A stretch of 64,000 nucleotides of DNA from an uncultured Gammaproteobacteria bacterium (GCA_964394855.1 CAYMZD010000002.1:131964-195963); one strand, 5' to 3'. Shown: positions 18,464 to 27,344, counted from the stretch's first letter. Notes: a model not told the origin generated them from the letters alone. Made by a program: numbers and translations.

Positions 18464-19590
18464 TTCATAATCACATAACTTATCCATTGAGTGATCTAGA
18501 TATGCAAATGGTAATAGCCGTGCCACAAGGAGGCAATTGGCGCAATATTCCTCTCGACATTCCTTCAAAAAGACTCGAACAAATCAGAAAATCAGGCGGT
18601 AGAACTACACTGTATGGACGGCTTTCTTGGGATAGTCCAAGCTATACGGTAACTACTTATTTTAATCGTCCCGGAAATGGAACATATGTGCATCCCGAAC
18701 AAAATAGAGTTCTTAGCGCAAGAGAAGCAGCAAGACTACAATCATTTACAGATAGCTTCGTGTTTTCTGGTACAAAAGGAAGCTTGTGTATCCAAATAGG
18801 AAATGCTGTTCCACCATTAATGGCTTATTTTTTAGGTAAACAAATTAAAAAGCAAACAAACACAACTAATGTTGTTGACTTATTTTGTGGTGCAGGTGGT
18901 TTAAGCAAAGGATTTGAATGGGCAGGATATAATATTATTGCTGCAAACGATAACTATAAACAGGCATGCGAAACATATAAAATTAATCACCCACATACTA
19001 TTCTTATTGAAGGAGATATTACTAAAAAGATGGTGAAAGATGCTTTATTCGGAGCTATTAAAGACAAGAAAATAGATATCGTTATTGGAGGTCCTCCTTG
19101 TCAAGGTTTTTCTCATGCAGGGAAGAGGCTAGTAGATGATCCAAGAAATTTTCTTTTCAAAGAATTTGTTGAGATTGTAAAGAAAATAAAACCTAAGGTT
19201 GTTGTATTAGAGAATGTAGAAGGGATTCTAACAATGAATTATGGGAAAAGTTTTGAAAGCATAAAGGAGAGTTTCCGTGAACTAGGGTACAAATTGGATG
19301 GAAGAAAACTACATGCTGTTAAATATGGCGTGCCACAAAAGAGAAAAAGAGTTGTTATGATCGGTGTTTTGGAAGGAGATCCTAGCAAATGTTATCCGGA
19401 AGAGGTAATAAAAAATGAAAATCGATATTTAACTGTTCGGGAAGCAATAGATAATCTACCAGAAATAGTGGTAAATGGTGGTAACCATATTATAAGAAAG
19501 AAAACTAATCCAAAATCTGAATATCAAAAATTCTTAGCAGGCTTAACGGCAATAGAAGATTTTTCAGATTATTTGTCTGCAAGAAGTTAA
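18460..19590 (+). CDS. C5-cytosine DNA methyltransferase with circularly permuted motif order (IX-X then I-IV-VI-VIII)
   Basis: N-terminal SAREAARLQSFTDSF (IX) and QIGNAVPP (X), followed by DLFCGAGG (I), GGPPCQGFS (IV), ENV (VI), QKRKR (VIII), TVREAIDNLP; 4-nt ATGA overlap with upstream MTase. Confidence 0.8.
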   Translation: MIHNHITYPLSDLDMQMVIAVPQGGNWRNIPLDIPSKRLEQIRKSGGRTTLYGRLSWDSPSYTVTTYFNRPGNGTYVHPEQNRVLSAREAARLQSFTDSFVFSGTKGSLCIQIGNAVPPLMAYFLGKQIKKQTNTTNVVDLFCGAGGLSKGFEWAGYNIIAANDNYKQACETYKINHPHTILIEGDITKKMVKDALFGAIKDKKIDIVIGGPPCQGFSHAGKRLVDDPRNFLFKEFVEIVKKIKPKVVVLENVEGILTMNYGKSFESIKESFRELGYKLDGRKLHAVKYGVPQKRKRVVMIGVLEGDPSKCYPEEVIKNENRYLTVREAIDNLPEIVVNGGNHIIRKKTNPKSEYQKFLAGLTAIEDFSDYLSARS

Positions 19591-20756
19591 TAGATAAGTT
19601 TCTGCGATAATTTTTCAGCAACTAATTTAAAAATATTTCTTAGTTCCTCTAAGGCTTCGTTTTCTTTCTCTAATTTTAAATAATTTAGTAATACTTTCAG
19701 TTTTCCACGGATTTCATCGGTCTGCCAATCCTTTAAATGTCGGTTTGTTTTTGAAGAATATTCTAATAGTGATTCAAACGAAATTCTTATATATCTCTTT
19801 GCATTGTTTTTATATTGCTTTTTATTTCCTTCCACCTTAATCATTTCCTTATAGTATCCAGTTTTTGGATCGAAACCATCGAATTTAATAGAATAGTTTG
19901 CGTATTCGGGATGGAGAAAATTTTTAATTAAAAAGTTCTTGTGACCCTTTTGGTAGACTTCTGAAAAAATTGAAAGAACGTAGTGCATGTTTTCTCGCAT
20001 AAGTTTACTTGCCAGTAGAGCATCGGGTTCATTTTTAACATTGTGTTTTATCAAGTCCCATAATGCTTTTGAATGTTCGGAAATTACTTCCTGATTTTTC
20101 TCTTCTTTTATTAAGGCTTGAATATCACCTAATGTCATCCTATTGTTTCTTGCAGAATTGGCGGCTCTCGAAAGTGGCCTAAAACTCGGCCTATGTCTAA
20201 AACCTAATGAAATAGGACCAAGGTGATCAGCGCTTATGTCATTTTTTTGAAACTCTTTCATCAACCAGCTTGCTGCTTTCCAATCTCCATCAGACCAATT
20301 TTCATATGCACGTCTATCCTCGCCATATCTTGAAAGATTGCTTTTATGTCTTCCTTTATCGAATTTACTCCTGCAACAGAGGTTATAACTGTGATAACCA
20401 TCAAGCCTATCGGGAGCATTACTCATTGCTCCTGGACTAAGCCCTCCCTTTTTATTAGGATAAATATAATCAAGTTTCATTGATCTACCACAAATTTGGC
20501 AAGGTTTATCCCCAGTAGGATGAATTGCTCTCGCGGTTTTTGATATCCACGCACCCTCCTTAGGTATTCCAAGTTTTTCTCTCTGCTCATCCCACCATTT
20601 CAACCGGGCTAATCCCATTTCACTACTTCTGGCAACAATCCATCTTATTCCACCATTTTCCTTATACAGAAAAGGCATGCCTCTGTAATTAGGATGATTC
20701 ACAATAAATTTCATGTACTTAATGAAGTTTGGATGCCAAGTCCTTTTAGTTCTCAT
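19587..20756 (-). CDS. Putative restriction endonuclease (Cys-rich, possible HNH-like D-H motif), convergent with the MTase pair
   Basis: CQICG...NLCCRSKF...ADHLGPISLGFRH; stop codons of MTase (19590) and this ORF (19587) overlap; no confident family assignment from sequence alone. Confidence 0.45.
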   Translation of the reverse strand: MRTKRTWHPNFIKYMKFIVNHPNYRGMPFLYKENGGIRWIVARSSEMGLARLKWWDEQREKLGIPKEGAWISKTARAIHPTGDKPCQICGRSMKLDYIYPNKKGGLSPGAMSNAPDRLDGYHSYNLCCRSKFDKGRHKSNLSRYGEDRRAYENWSDGDWKAASWLMKEFQKNDISADHLGPISLGFRHRPSFRPLSRAANSARNNRMTLGDIQALIKEEKNQEVISEHSKALWDLIKHNVKNEPDALLASKLMRENMHYVLSIFSEVYQKGHKNFLIKNFLHPEYANYSIKFDGFDPKTGYYKEMIKVEGNKKQYKNNAKRYIRISFESLLEYSSKTNRHLKDWQTDEIRGKLKVLLNYLKLEKENEALEELRNIFKLVAEKLSQKLIY

Positions 20757-21404
20757 AAAATTTTGACTGCAAAGATTATCGCTAGCAATTATATAGCTTT
20801 TTGCTCCGAAATGCCAGAAAAAATGAATGTTTTTGTTTCTTTTTGGCGGCTCCGCCGCCCCCGCTCGCCTCCTGGGATAATTTCCCTTAAAGGAGGGCTG
20901 CCGTCAGAGAAAATCTCGGAGTTTGGAATTTTCTAAAAACTTTCGGATAGGCAGCCCGACATTCGCGAGCCCCGTGAGAATTACTACATTTTTTTAAAAG
21001 ACGGGGCGAGCCATCGGAATTAGTTGCGCAGTCCCGCCTCGAGGCGGGACAAGCGATAGGAAACAGAAGGGGTACAAATAAGAAAGGCGGGGGCGAAAAG
21101 CGGAATACCCCCGCAACGGCAGGCGATACTAAAACAGAACCAAAGATTACCAGAGACTGTAAAGCGAAAATAGAAAAGCAAAGATATCGGCGAGTCGCCC
21201 CCTAGGGCGACCTCTCGCCCAAAAGCGGGGGTGCCGCTTCCATTATTTTGGGTGGGTGGGTTAATGGGAATTTAGTACAGCCTACATTCTGCATTTTTGT
21301 TTTAAATATTTTTCTGCTAAAATAGGGAGGGTAGGCGGATTATAAATAATAAAAATCGCGCGCATTAAAATACTGAAAGTATTTTGCAAAAAATACTAGA
21401 GCGA

Positions 21405-21492
21405 GGCCGAAGGCCGAGCGGAACAAAAGCCCGCCGAAGGCGGGCTACCGATTCGACTTAAAGCGGGTTCGAATTTTTTTGTAAAGCTCGAC
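21405..21492. repeat. IR2 right copy (88 bp), right boundary of element
   Basis: Perfect reverse-complement of 14308-14395; contains hairpin AGCCCGCC-GAA-GGCGGGCT. Confidence 0.9.
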
Positions 21493-21581
21493 TGAAAGAG
21501 GGTTTCCGTCCGATCAGACCCGGATGTTTTCTAAACTTGACATTTTAGAGTCAATCTTGTTAGTATATAGATACTAAAATC

Positions 21582-21617
21582 TCCTGCGACACCGAAAGGT
21601 CTTCGCAGGATTTTTTT
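21582..21617 (+). terminator. Rho-independent terminator-like hairpin (TCCTGCGAC-ACC-GAAA-GGT-C-TTCGCAGGA + T7)
   Basis: Strong GC stem with GAAA tetraloop followed by TTTTTTT, preceded 40 nt upstream by TTGACA; no upstream + strand CDS. Confidence 0.5.
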
Positions 21618-21655
21618 GACAAAAATTTCCCTCTATTTGATGTATAATCAATTTT

Positions 21656-22204
21656 ATGAAGAAACAAAGATGTATCATTCTTATTGATGGAAGCAACCTT
21701 TACTTCAAGCTAAAGGATTTGAAACTACATAATCTCCTAAGTTTTGATTTTTCTAAGTTCGTAAAGAAACTAGCAAAAGATTGTGATGTTGTTAGTATTA
21801 CTTACTATGTGGGGAAAATAAGGACAGATGGAAGTGAAAAGACCCAAAAACTATTCAATAACCAACGAAAGCTATTTGCTCACCTTAAAAAGAATGGAGT
21901 AACCTATTCTCTTGGTTATCTTTTAAAGTCTGATGGCGTTTTCCATGAAAAAGGTGTTGATGTAAATATTGCAGTGGATATTCTTGTAGCCACATACGAG
22001 GACTTAGCTGATAGAATAATTATTACTTCTTCAGATACAGATCTTCTGCCTGCTATTAAGAAAGCAAAAGAGAAAGGTAAGATAGTTGAGTATGTGGGAT
22101 TTTCCCATAAACCCAGTGTGGCAATGGTGGCTAATTGTTCAGAATCGACACTTCTTAAAAAAGAAGATTTAGAACCTTTTACTCTTAAATCCTATTCGAT
22201 TTAA
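21656..22204 (+). CDS. NYN-domain (LabA/DUF88-like PIN-fold) protein
   Basis: IDGSNLY...GVDVNIAVD...SSDTDL acidic residues in NYN arrangement. Confidence 0.7.
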   Translation: MKKQRCIILIDGSNLYFKLKDLKLHNLLSFDFSKFVKKLAKDCDVVSITYYVGKIRTDGSEKTQKLFNNQRKLFAHLKKNGVTYSLGYLLKSDGVFHEKGVDVNIAVDILVATYEDLADRIIITSSDTDLLPAIKKAKEKGKIVEYVGFSHKPSVAMVANCSESTLLKKEDLEPFTLKSYSI

Positions 22205-22237
22205 AGCGAGTTCGGATTTTTTTAAAAAGGTCGACCC
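22199..22237. repeat. Degenerate third copy of the element-end motif (TTCGAy-TTAAAGCGrGTTCGrATTTTTTT-N5-AAAGs-TCGAC)
   Basis: About 33/38 identity with 21455-21492 (end of IR2); lies between NYN and NUDIX genes. Confidence 0.4.
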
Positions 22238-22738
22238 ATGAAAATTTCACTGGAAAAAGCCAAGCAGAATAAGCTTTTTTATTTTGTAGTTACTGGGGTA
22301 ATTTATCATCCCAAATTAAAAAAATGTTTAATACTGCAGCGGTCCAAAAAAGAAGTAGCTCATCCTGGGCTATGGGGGGTTATCGGCGGAAAGCTGGAAT
22401 GGGATGATTTAAAAAATAACCCCATTACTCGTAAAAACTTTGATATTTTGGATTGGGAGGGAATGGTAGAAAAATTAATCTTGCGAGAAGCTAAGGAAGA
22501 ATGTGGTCTGGAAGTCGTTGACCCAAGATATCTAAATAGTGTGGCTTATCTTCGAACAGACAGAGTGCCAACCATTTGTTGCAAATTTGCTGTTAAAAGA
22601 AAAAAGGGGAGAATAAAATTAGCCCCGGAATTTGATGATTTTAACTGGGTTAATGTTCAAGAAGTGAAAAAGTATAAATGTATTCAGGGAATTGCGGAAG
22701 AAGTTGGTAAAACTATAAGAATATACTTACCTACTTGA
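22238..22738 (+). CDS. NUDIX hydrolase
   Basis: Nudix box G-x5-E-x7-REAKEECG-x-E. Confidence 0.8.
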   Translation: MKISLEKAKQNKLFYFVVTGVIYHPKLKKCLILQRSKKEVAHPGLWGVIGGKLEWDDLKNNPITRKNFDILDWEGMVEKLILREAKEECGLEVVDPRYLNSVAYLRTDRVPTICCKFAVKRKKGRIKLAPEFDDFNWVNVQEVKKYKCIQGIAEEVGKTIRIYLPT

Positions 22739-22822
22739 GTGTAACATATATGTATGGATACACGAATACTTAGGAAAAGTTGGTACCTTGCAAAAAGTTT
22801 TATAGTGTGATTTAATCAATAT

Positions 22823-23893
22823 ATGGTTGGAAGTTCCAATAATGCAGATGCTAAATTAGCTGCTATTACGGCTGCCATAGCCGGTATCCAAAAACAATAT
22901 GGTACAGGTGCCATTATGCGCTTGGGTGAGCGGGTGGAGAGACTGACCATTGATGTCATCCCGACAGGCTCTATTGCTTTGGACTTGAGCTTAGGTGTGG
23001 GGGGTTTACCCAAAGGTCGAGTGATTGAAATTTACGGACCAGAGGCTTCTGGAAAGACTACCATAGCTTTACATGTTATAGCAGAGGCGCAAAAAAAAGG
23101 CGGGGTGGCAGCCTTTATAGATGCCGAGCATGCGCTAGATCCTCAACGCGCTCAAAAAATTGGAGTTAATTTAGATGACCTGCTGATTTCCCAACCTGAT
23201 ACTGGTGAGCAAGCTTTGGAAATTGCCGAAGCGCTGATCCGTTCTGGTGGGATTGATGTGGTGGTGATAGATTCGGTAGCAGCGCTAACTCCCCGGGCAG
23301 AAATTGAAGGAGAAATGGGAGATGCAGTGATGGGCATGCAAGCTCGGTTAATGTCACAAGCTCTTAGAAAGCTGACAGCTGCTATTGCTAATACCAGAAC
23401 GATCGTAATTTTTACCAATCAGCTGCGACAAAAAATTGGGGTGATGTTTGGTAATCCGGAAACAACCCCAGGTGGTTTGGCATTAAAATTTTATGCATCA
23501 GTTCGCCTAGATATTAGAAAAATTGAAAATATCAAAATGGGTGATGTGGTAGTTGGTTCGCGCCACAGGGTCAAAGTAGTTAAAAATAAAGTGGCTCCCC
23601 CATTTCGTATGGCCGAATTTGATATGGATGAAAATGGTATATCAAAAGAAGGCGAGCTTTTAGATATTGGTGTGGAGCTGGGAATTTTGACAAAATCAGG
23701 AGCCTTTATCAAATGGGATGATAATATTTTGGGGCAGGGTCGGCCGGCAGCTGTAGTTTATTTAAAGGAAAACCCCAAGGAAAAGGAAAAACTGGAAAAA
23801 GAAATTAGGGAGGCTTGGGGCGCGCAGAAACAAGGTAAGGAGATGGTTGTTGGAAAAGAAGAAGAGGATAAAGACATAGAAGAAGCAGTTTAA
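22823..23893 (+). CDS. recA: Recombinase A
   Basis: Walker [11 protein letters not shown]1/L2 loops, full-length similarity pattern to RecA. Confidence 0.9.
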   Translation: MVGSSNNADAKLAAITAAIAGIQKQYGTGAIMRLGERVERLTIDVIPTGSIALDLSLGVGGLPKGRVIEIYGPEASGKTTIALHVIAEAQKKGGVAAFIDAEHALDPQRAQKIGVNLDDLLISQPDTGEQALEIAEALIRSGGIDVVVIDSVAALTPRAEIEGEMGDAVMGMQARLMSQALRKLTAAIANTRTIVIFTNQLRQKIGVMFGNPETTPGGLALKFYASVRLDIRKIENIKMGDVVVGSRHRVKVVKNKVAPPFRMAEFDMDENGISKEGELLDIGVELGILTKSGAFIKWDDNILGQGRPAAVVYLKENPKEKEKLEKEIREAWGAQKQGKEMVVGKEEEDKDIEEAV

Positions 23894-25380
23894 TGTTCAG
23901 GCTTCTAATTTTAATCATTTTCTTGCTGGCCGTATTATCTCGTTTTTTATATTTCCCCGAAGATTTATATTTTGCCTTTGATCAAGCCAGAGATGGTTTT
24001 AAATCTCTGGAAGTAGTAAATGGAGATATTAAAATAATTGGTCCTCCGTCTGCCGCCTCGGATAAAATTTTTGCCGGACCGCTGATTTATTATATTTTCG
24101 GCCCGATTTATTTTTTAGGAAACAACAATCCGGAAGTTGTCTCTGCATTTTTGCGAGTTTGGAATAGCTTGGGTGTATTTTTGGTTATCGGGATAGGATG
24201 GATTTTATTTAATAAATGGGTGGGATTTTTAGCCGGCTTTTTCTATGCCATCTCCTATGAAGCTAGCCAATATTCTTTATTTTTATCCCATCAACCAATG
24301 GCTTCAGTCACTGTTTTACTTTTTTATTTAGGCCTGGCACTATTTATTTTTAAAAAAATCCAATGGGGACTTACTTTATCTTTTCTGGGATTAGGTCTTT
24401 CTATACAATTCCACTTTGTCTATACATTATTAATGGTAGTGCTTATATTATTTTTCATAATTTTCAAAAAACATTACCAGTTTAGTTTAAAACATATTTT
24501 TTATGCAGTAACAATTTTTCTTATAACCAGCTCTACATTTATTTTGGCGGAGGCGAAATTTCAATTTAGATTCTTAAGAACTTTTTTTGAGGGAGGAGGT
24601 TTTAAATTTTATCCTCAAGCAGCTACTTACTCTATGAAGAGGTTTTTACATGATAATATTTTGGCAAGTGATGTACTTTTATGGATAGTGGGTCTGCTAC
24701 TTACTGGTGCCTTAATTTATTTTTTAAAAAAGAAAGAAGTTAAATTTCCCATAATATTTTTAATGGTTTGGTTTCTAGTTGGAGTGTCTCCCTATCTTCT
24801 TTCGGGAACTAATAGTTATTATTACTCTGCAGCAGCTAATGTTTCACTTTTGCTTTTTATATCCTATGTTATCTATTACTTACTATCAACTAAAATTCTT
24901 CTGGCTCTTTTAATTTTGATAGCAGTTTCAGTAAATAACTTATACTTGATTATTAACAATAACCCAAAGGGGGTTAATAGAGAATTTATAATTCAACCTG
25001 GGATGCTGCTAACATCAGAAAAACTTGTCCTGGATTATATTTATCAAAAAGCCCAAGGTCGTTTTTTTGCAGTCAATGGTTTAACCGTTCCTTTGGGAGT
25101 AAATACCACTTGGAGTTATTTATTTGAATGGTACGGACAACAAAAATATGGATACCTACCGGTTTGGGGTATGGAAGTGGCTTTAGGTTTTCCAGGACAT
25201 TTAAAAGTAGAAACAAAAAGATCAAACCTTCCAGATAAAAGATTTACTATACTAGAGCCAACAGTCGGTATTAGAGATGTTGATATAAAAAAATTTTTTC
25301 AAGAAGAAAATTTTTTTTCTAAGGTCGTGGAAGAGAAAAAATTTGGTACTATAGCTGTACAATATAGACAAAGAATTTAA
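23893..25380 (+). CDS. Polytopic membrane protein, GT-C-fold glycosyltransferase-like (ArnT/PMT-like)
   Basis: about 12 TM helices, N-terminal periplasmic-loop acidic motif region; family call by architecture only. Confidence 0.5.
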   Translation: MFRLLILIIFLLAVLSRFLYFPEDLYFAFDQARDGFKSLEVVNGDIKIIGPPSAASDKIFAGPLIYYIFGPIYFLGNNNPEVVSAFLRVWNSLGVFLVIGIGWILFNKWVGFLAGFFYAISYEASQYSLFLSHQPMASVTVLLFYLGLALFIFKKIQWGLTLSFLGLGLSIQFHFVYTLLMVVLILFFIIFKKHYQFSLKHIFYAVTIFLITSSTFILAEAKFQFRFLRTFFEGGGFKFYPQAATYSMKRFLHDNILASDVLLWIVGLLLTGALIYFLKKKEVKFPIIFLMVWFLVGVSPYLLSGTNSYYYSAAANVSLLLFISYVIYYLLSTKILLALLILIAVSVNNLYLIINNNPKGVNREFIIQPGMLLTSEKLVLDYIYQKAQGRFFAVNGLTVPLGVNTTWSYLFEWYGQQKYGYLPVWGMEVALGFPGHLKVETKRSNLPDKRFTILEPTVGIRDVDIKKFFQEENFFSKVVEEKKFGTIAVQYRQRI

Positions 25381-25382
25381 TA

Positions 25383-25844
25383 ATGGAACAAGCGAAGTTA
25401 CTACAGAAAATTTATAGACTTTTATCCCAAAGAGTGCGAAGTGAAAAAGAAATTCGTGATTATCTAAAAAGGAAAAAAGCTGACATTGATGTTGTGGAAA
25501 AAATAATTGATCAATTAAAACAAATGAGTCTTATAGATGATGGGAAGTTTGCTAAGGATTGGGTAGAGTCTCGAAGAAGATCTAGGCAGAAAGGTATAAA
25601 AGCGCTCAAAATAGAGCTTTTACAAAAGGGAATCGAGCGCCAAATTATTGAGGAAGTTATCAGTAGAGAGATTCTAGTTGTTAGTGAAACGCAAGTCGCA
25701 GAACGGGCATTAGAGATGAAAATGAGGGTATGGAAAAATTTTGATCAAATGAATTTTAAGAAAAAAGCCATTGATTTTTTACTTCGCAAAGGCTTTGAAT
25801 ATGAGGTAGTAAAAGGAGTTATTGATAAATTTTTAAGAAAATAG
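25383..25844 (+). CDS. recX: RecX-like regulatory protein
   Basis: 153 aa three-helix-repeat pattern similar to RecX; near recA. Confidence 0.65.
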   Translation: MEQAKLLQKIYRLLSQRVRSEKEIRDYLKRKKADIDVVEKIIDQLKQMSLIDDGKFAKDWVESRRRSRQKGIKALKIELLQKGIERQIIEEVISREILVVSETQVAERALEMKMRVWKNFDQMNFKKKAIDFLLRKGFEYEVVKGVIDKFLRK

Positions 25845-25972
25845 TATAATAATTATTGCTTAAGGTAGTGGATAATACCAAAAAGTTTATGAGAAGTTAT
25901 AGTGTAAATACAAATCTTATCTTCTCCAAGCCAGTTTAGTTTGGTCTAGCTTCCGCACCTTTAAGTATCAAA

Positions 25973-27295
25973 ATGCAAAAAAGTTTTAGTCCCAAAATAA
26001 CCAGTGAATCGGAACTCGCTAAACGTGAGGGAATTTTAGAAGAGCGAGAAAGACAAATAGCAGAGAAACAAAGATTAATTGAGGAAAAACTACAGGAGTT
26101 GGAAAAGCTTCGTAAAGAGTTAGTGGAAAAAGTGCAAAAAGTTGCCAAGATGTCCTCTGATGAAACTAAAAAAATTCTTCTGGAACAGGTAGAAAAAGAT
26201 TTAAGTAGTGAAATTTCCCAAAAAATAAAGCAAGCAGAAGATGAGATTAAATTGCAATCAGATGAAAAAGCGAAAGAAATTTTAGCTGATGCCATTCTTC
26301 ATGGAGCGACTGATTATATAGCTGAATTTACCACCTCCTCTGTTAATCTCCCTGATGAAGAGATGAAGGGTCGAATTATTGGAAAAGAAGGCCGAAATAT
26401 CAAAGCTTTTGAGGGAGCAACCGGGGTTGATGTGTTAATGGATGATGAGCTCCCCAATATTTTAACTATTTCTTCCTTTGATCCGATACGGCGGGAAGTG
26501 GCCAAAGTGGCCCTGGAGCGGCTTATTGCCGATGGCAGAATTCAACCCCAAAGAATTGAAGAAATAGTGGAAAGAACCAAGGAGGATTTGGAAAAATTAA
26601 TGTGTCAGGCTGGTGAGAAACTTTGTCAGGATGTGGGGGTTTATAACATGCCGACTGAAGTAGCCTGTTTATTGGGGCGCTTCAAATATCGCTACTCATA
26701 CGGACAAAATATGATTGTTCACACTTTGGAGGAAACAAAAATTGGTATAGAGCTAGCTAAACAAATCGGCGCTGATATTAATGTGGTGCGTTTGGGGTGT
26801 CTTTTACATGATGTGGGAAAAATTTTAACTGATTGGGAGGAAGGAACCCATGTAGAAAGAGGAGTACAGCTGGCTAAAAAATTCAGCTTTCCACAGCAAG
26901 TGGTAAATTGTATTGCCGAACATCATGAGGATCAACCCTTTTCTTCGGTTGAGTCAATAGTAGTTTATGTGGCTGATGCCATATCAGGGGGAAGACCCGG
27001 GGCCAGACATGAAGATATCCAAGATTATATCAAAAGATTAGATGATATTGAGAAAATTGCCACCTCTTTTGATGGGGTGGAAAAGGCCTTTGCCCTGCAA
27101 GCCGGAAGAGAGGTTAGGGTGATTGTCACTGCGGAAAAAGTATCTGATGAGGAGTTGCCTAAGCTAACTCATGACATTGCCCAAAGGATTGCTAAAGAGG
27201 TGATGGTACCAGGAGCTGTTAAAATTACCGCCATTCGCGAGACTCGATATTCCGAAAGCACCATGACCACACCACAGAGTTTAACTAATAGTTGA
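25973..27295 (+). CDS. rny: Ribonuclease Y (KH + HD domains; no N-terminal TM segment in this ORF)
   Basis: coiled-coil N-term, KH motif IIGKEGRNIKAFE, HD motif HTLEE...LLHDVGK. Confidence 0.8.
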   Translation: MQKSFSPKITSESELAKREGILEERERQIAEKQRLIEEKLQELEKLRKELVEKVQKVAKMSSDETKKILLEQVEKDLSSEISQKIKQAEDEIKLQSDEKAKEILADAILHGATDYIAEFTTSSVNLPDEEMKGRIIGKEGRNIKAFEGATGVDVLMDDELPNILTISSFDPIRREVAKVALERLIADGRIQPQRIEEIVERTKEDLEKLMCQAGEKLCQDVGVYNMPTEVACLLGRFKYRYSYGQNMIVHTLEETKIGIELAKQIGADINVVRLGCLLHDVGKILTDWEEGTHVERGVQLAKKFSFPQQVVNCIAEHHEDQPFSSVESIVVYVADAISGGRPGARHEDIQDYIKRLDDIEKIATSFDGVEKAFALQAGREVRVIVTAEKVSDEELPKLTHDIAQRIAKEVMVPGAVKITAIRETRYSESTMTTPQSLTNS

Positions 27296-27344
27296 CAGAT
27301 TAAGTCTGGAATGTTAATTTATCCACATCTATCCGAGAAACTCA

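Larger units (their letters stand above)
12665..21492. mobile_element. Putative integrated element at 3' end of tRNA-Pro (serine recombinase + R-M cargo), bounded by nested perfect inverted repeats
   Basis: Boundaries defined by perfect repeats seen directly in sequence (12665-12767 inverted at 14209-14311; 14308-14395 inverted at 21405-21492); left end overlaps last 6 nt of the tRNA; cargo of recombinase, R-M and unknown genes; core genes (recA) resume downstream. Confidence 0.55.

Noticed and set aside
20694-20936. ORF 20694..20936 (+, 80 aa)
   Set aside because: It overlaps the REase start in antisense and runs into the GC-rich hairpin region. Its composition is driven by GC-rich repeats, so it is unlikely to be a gene.
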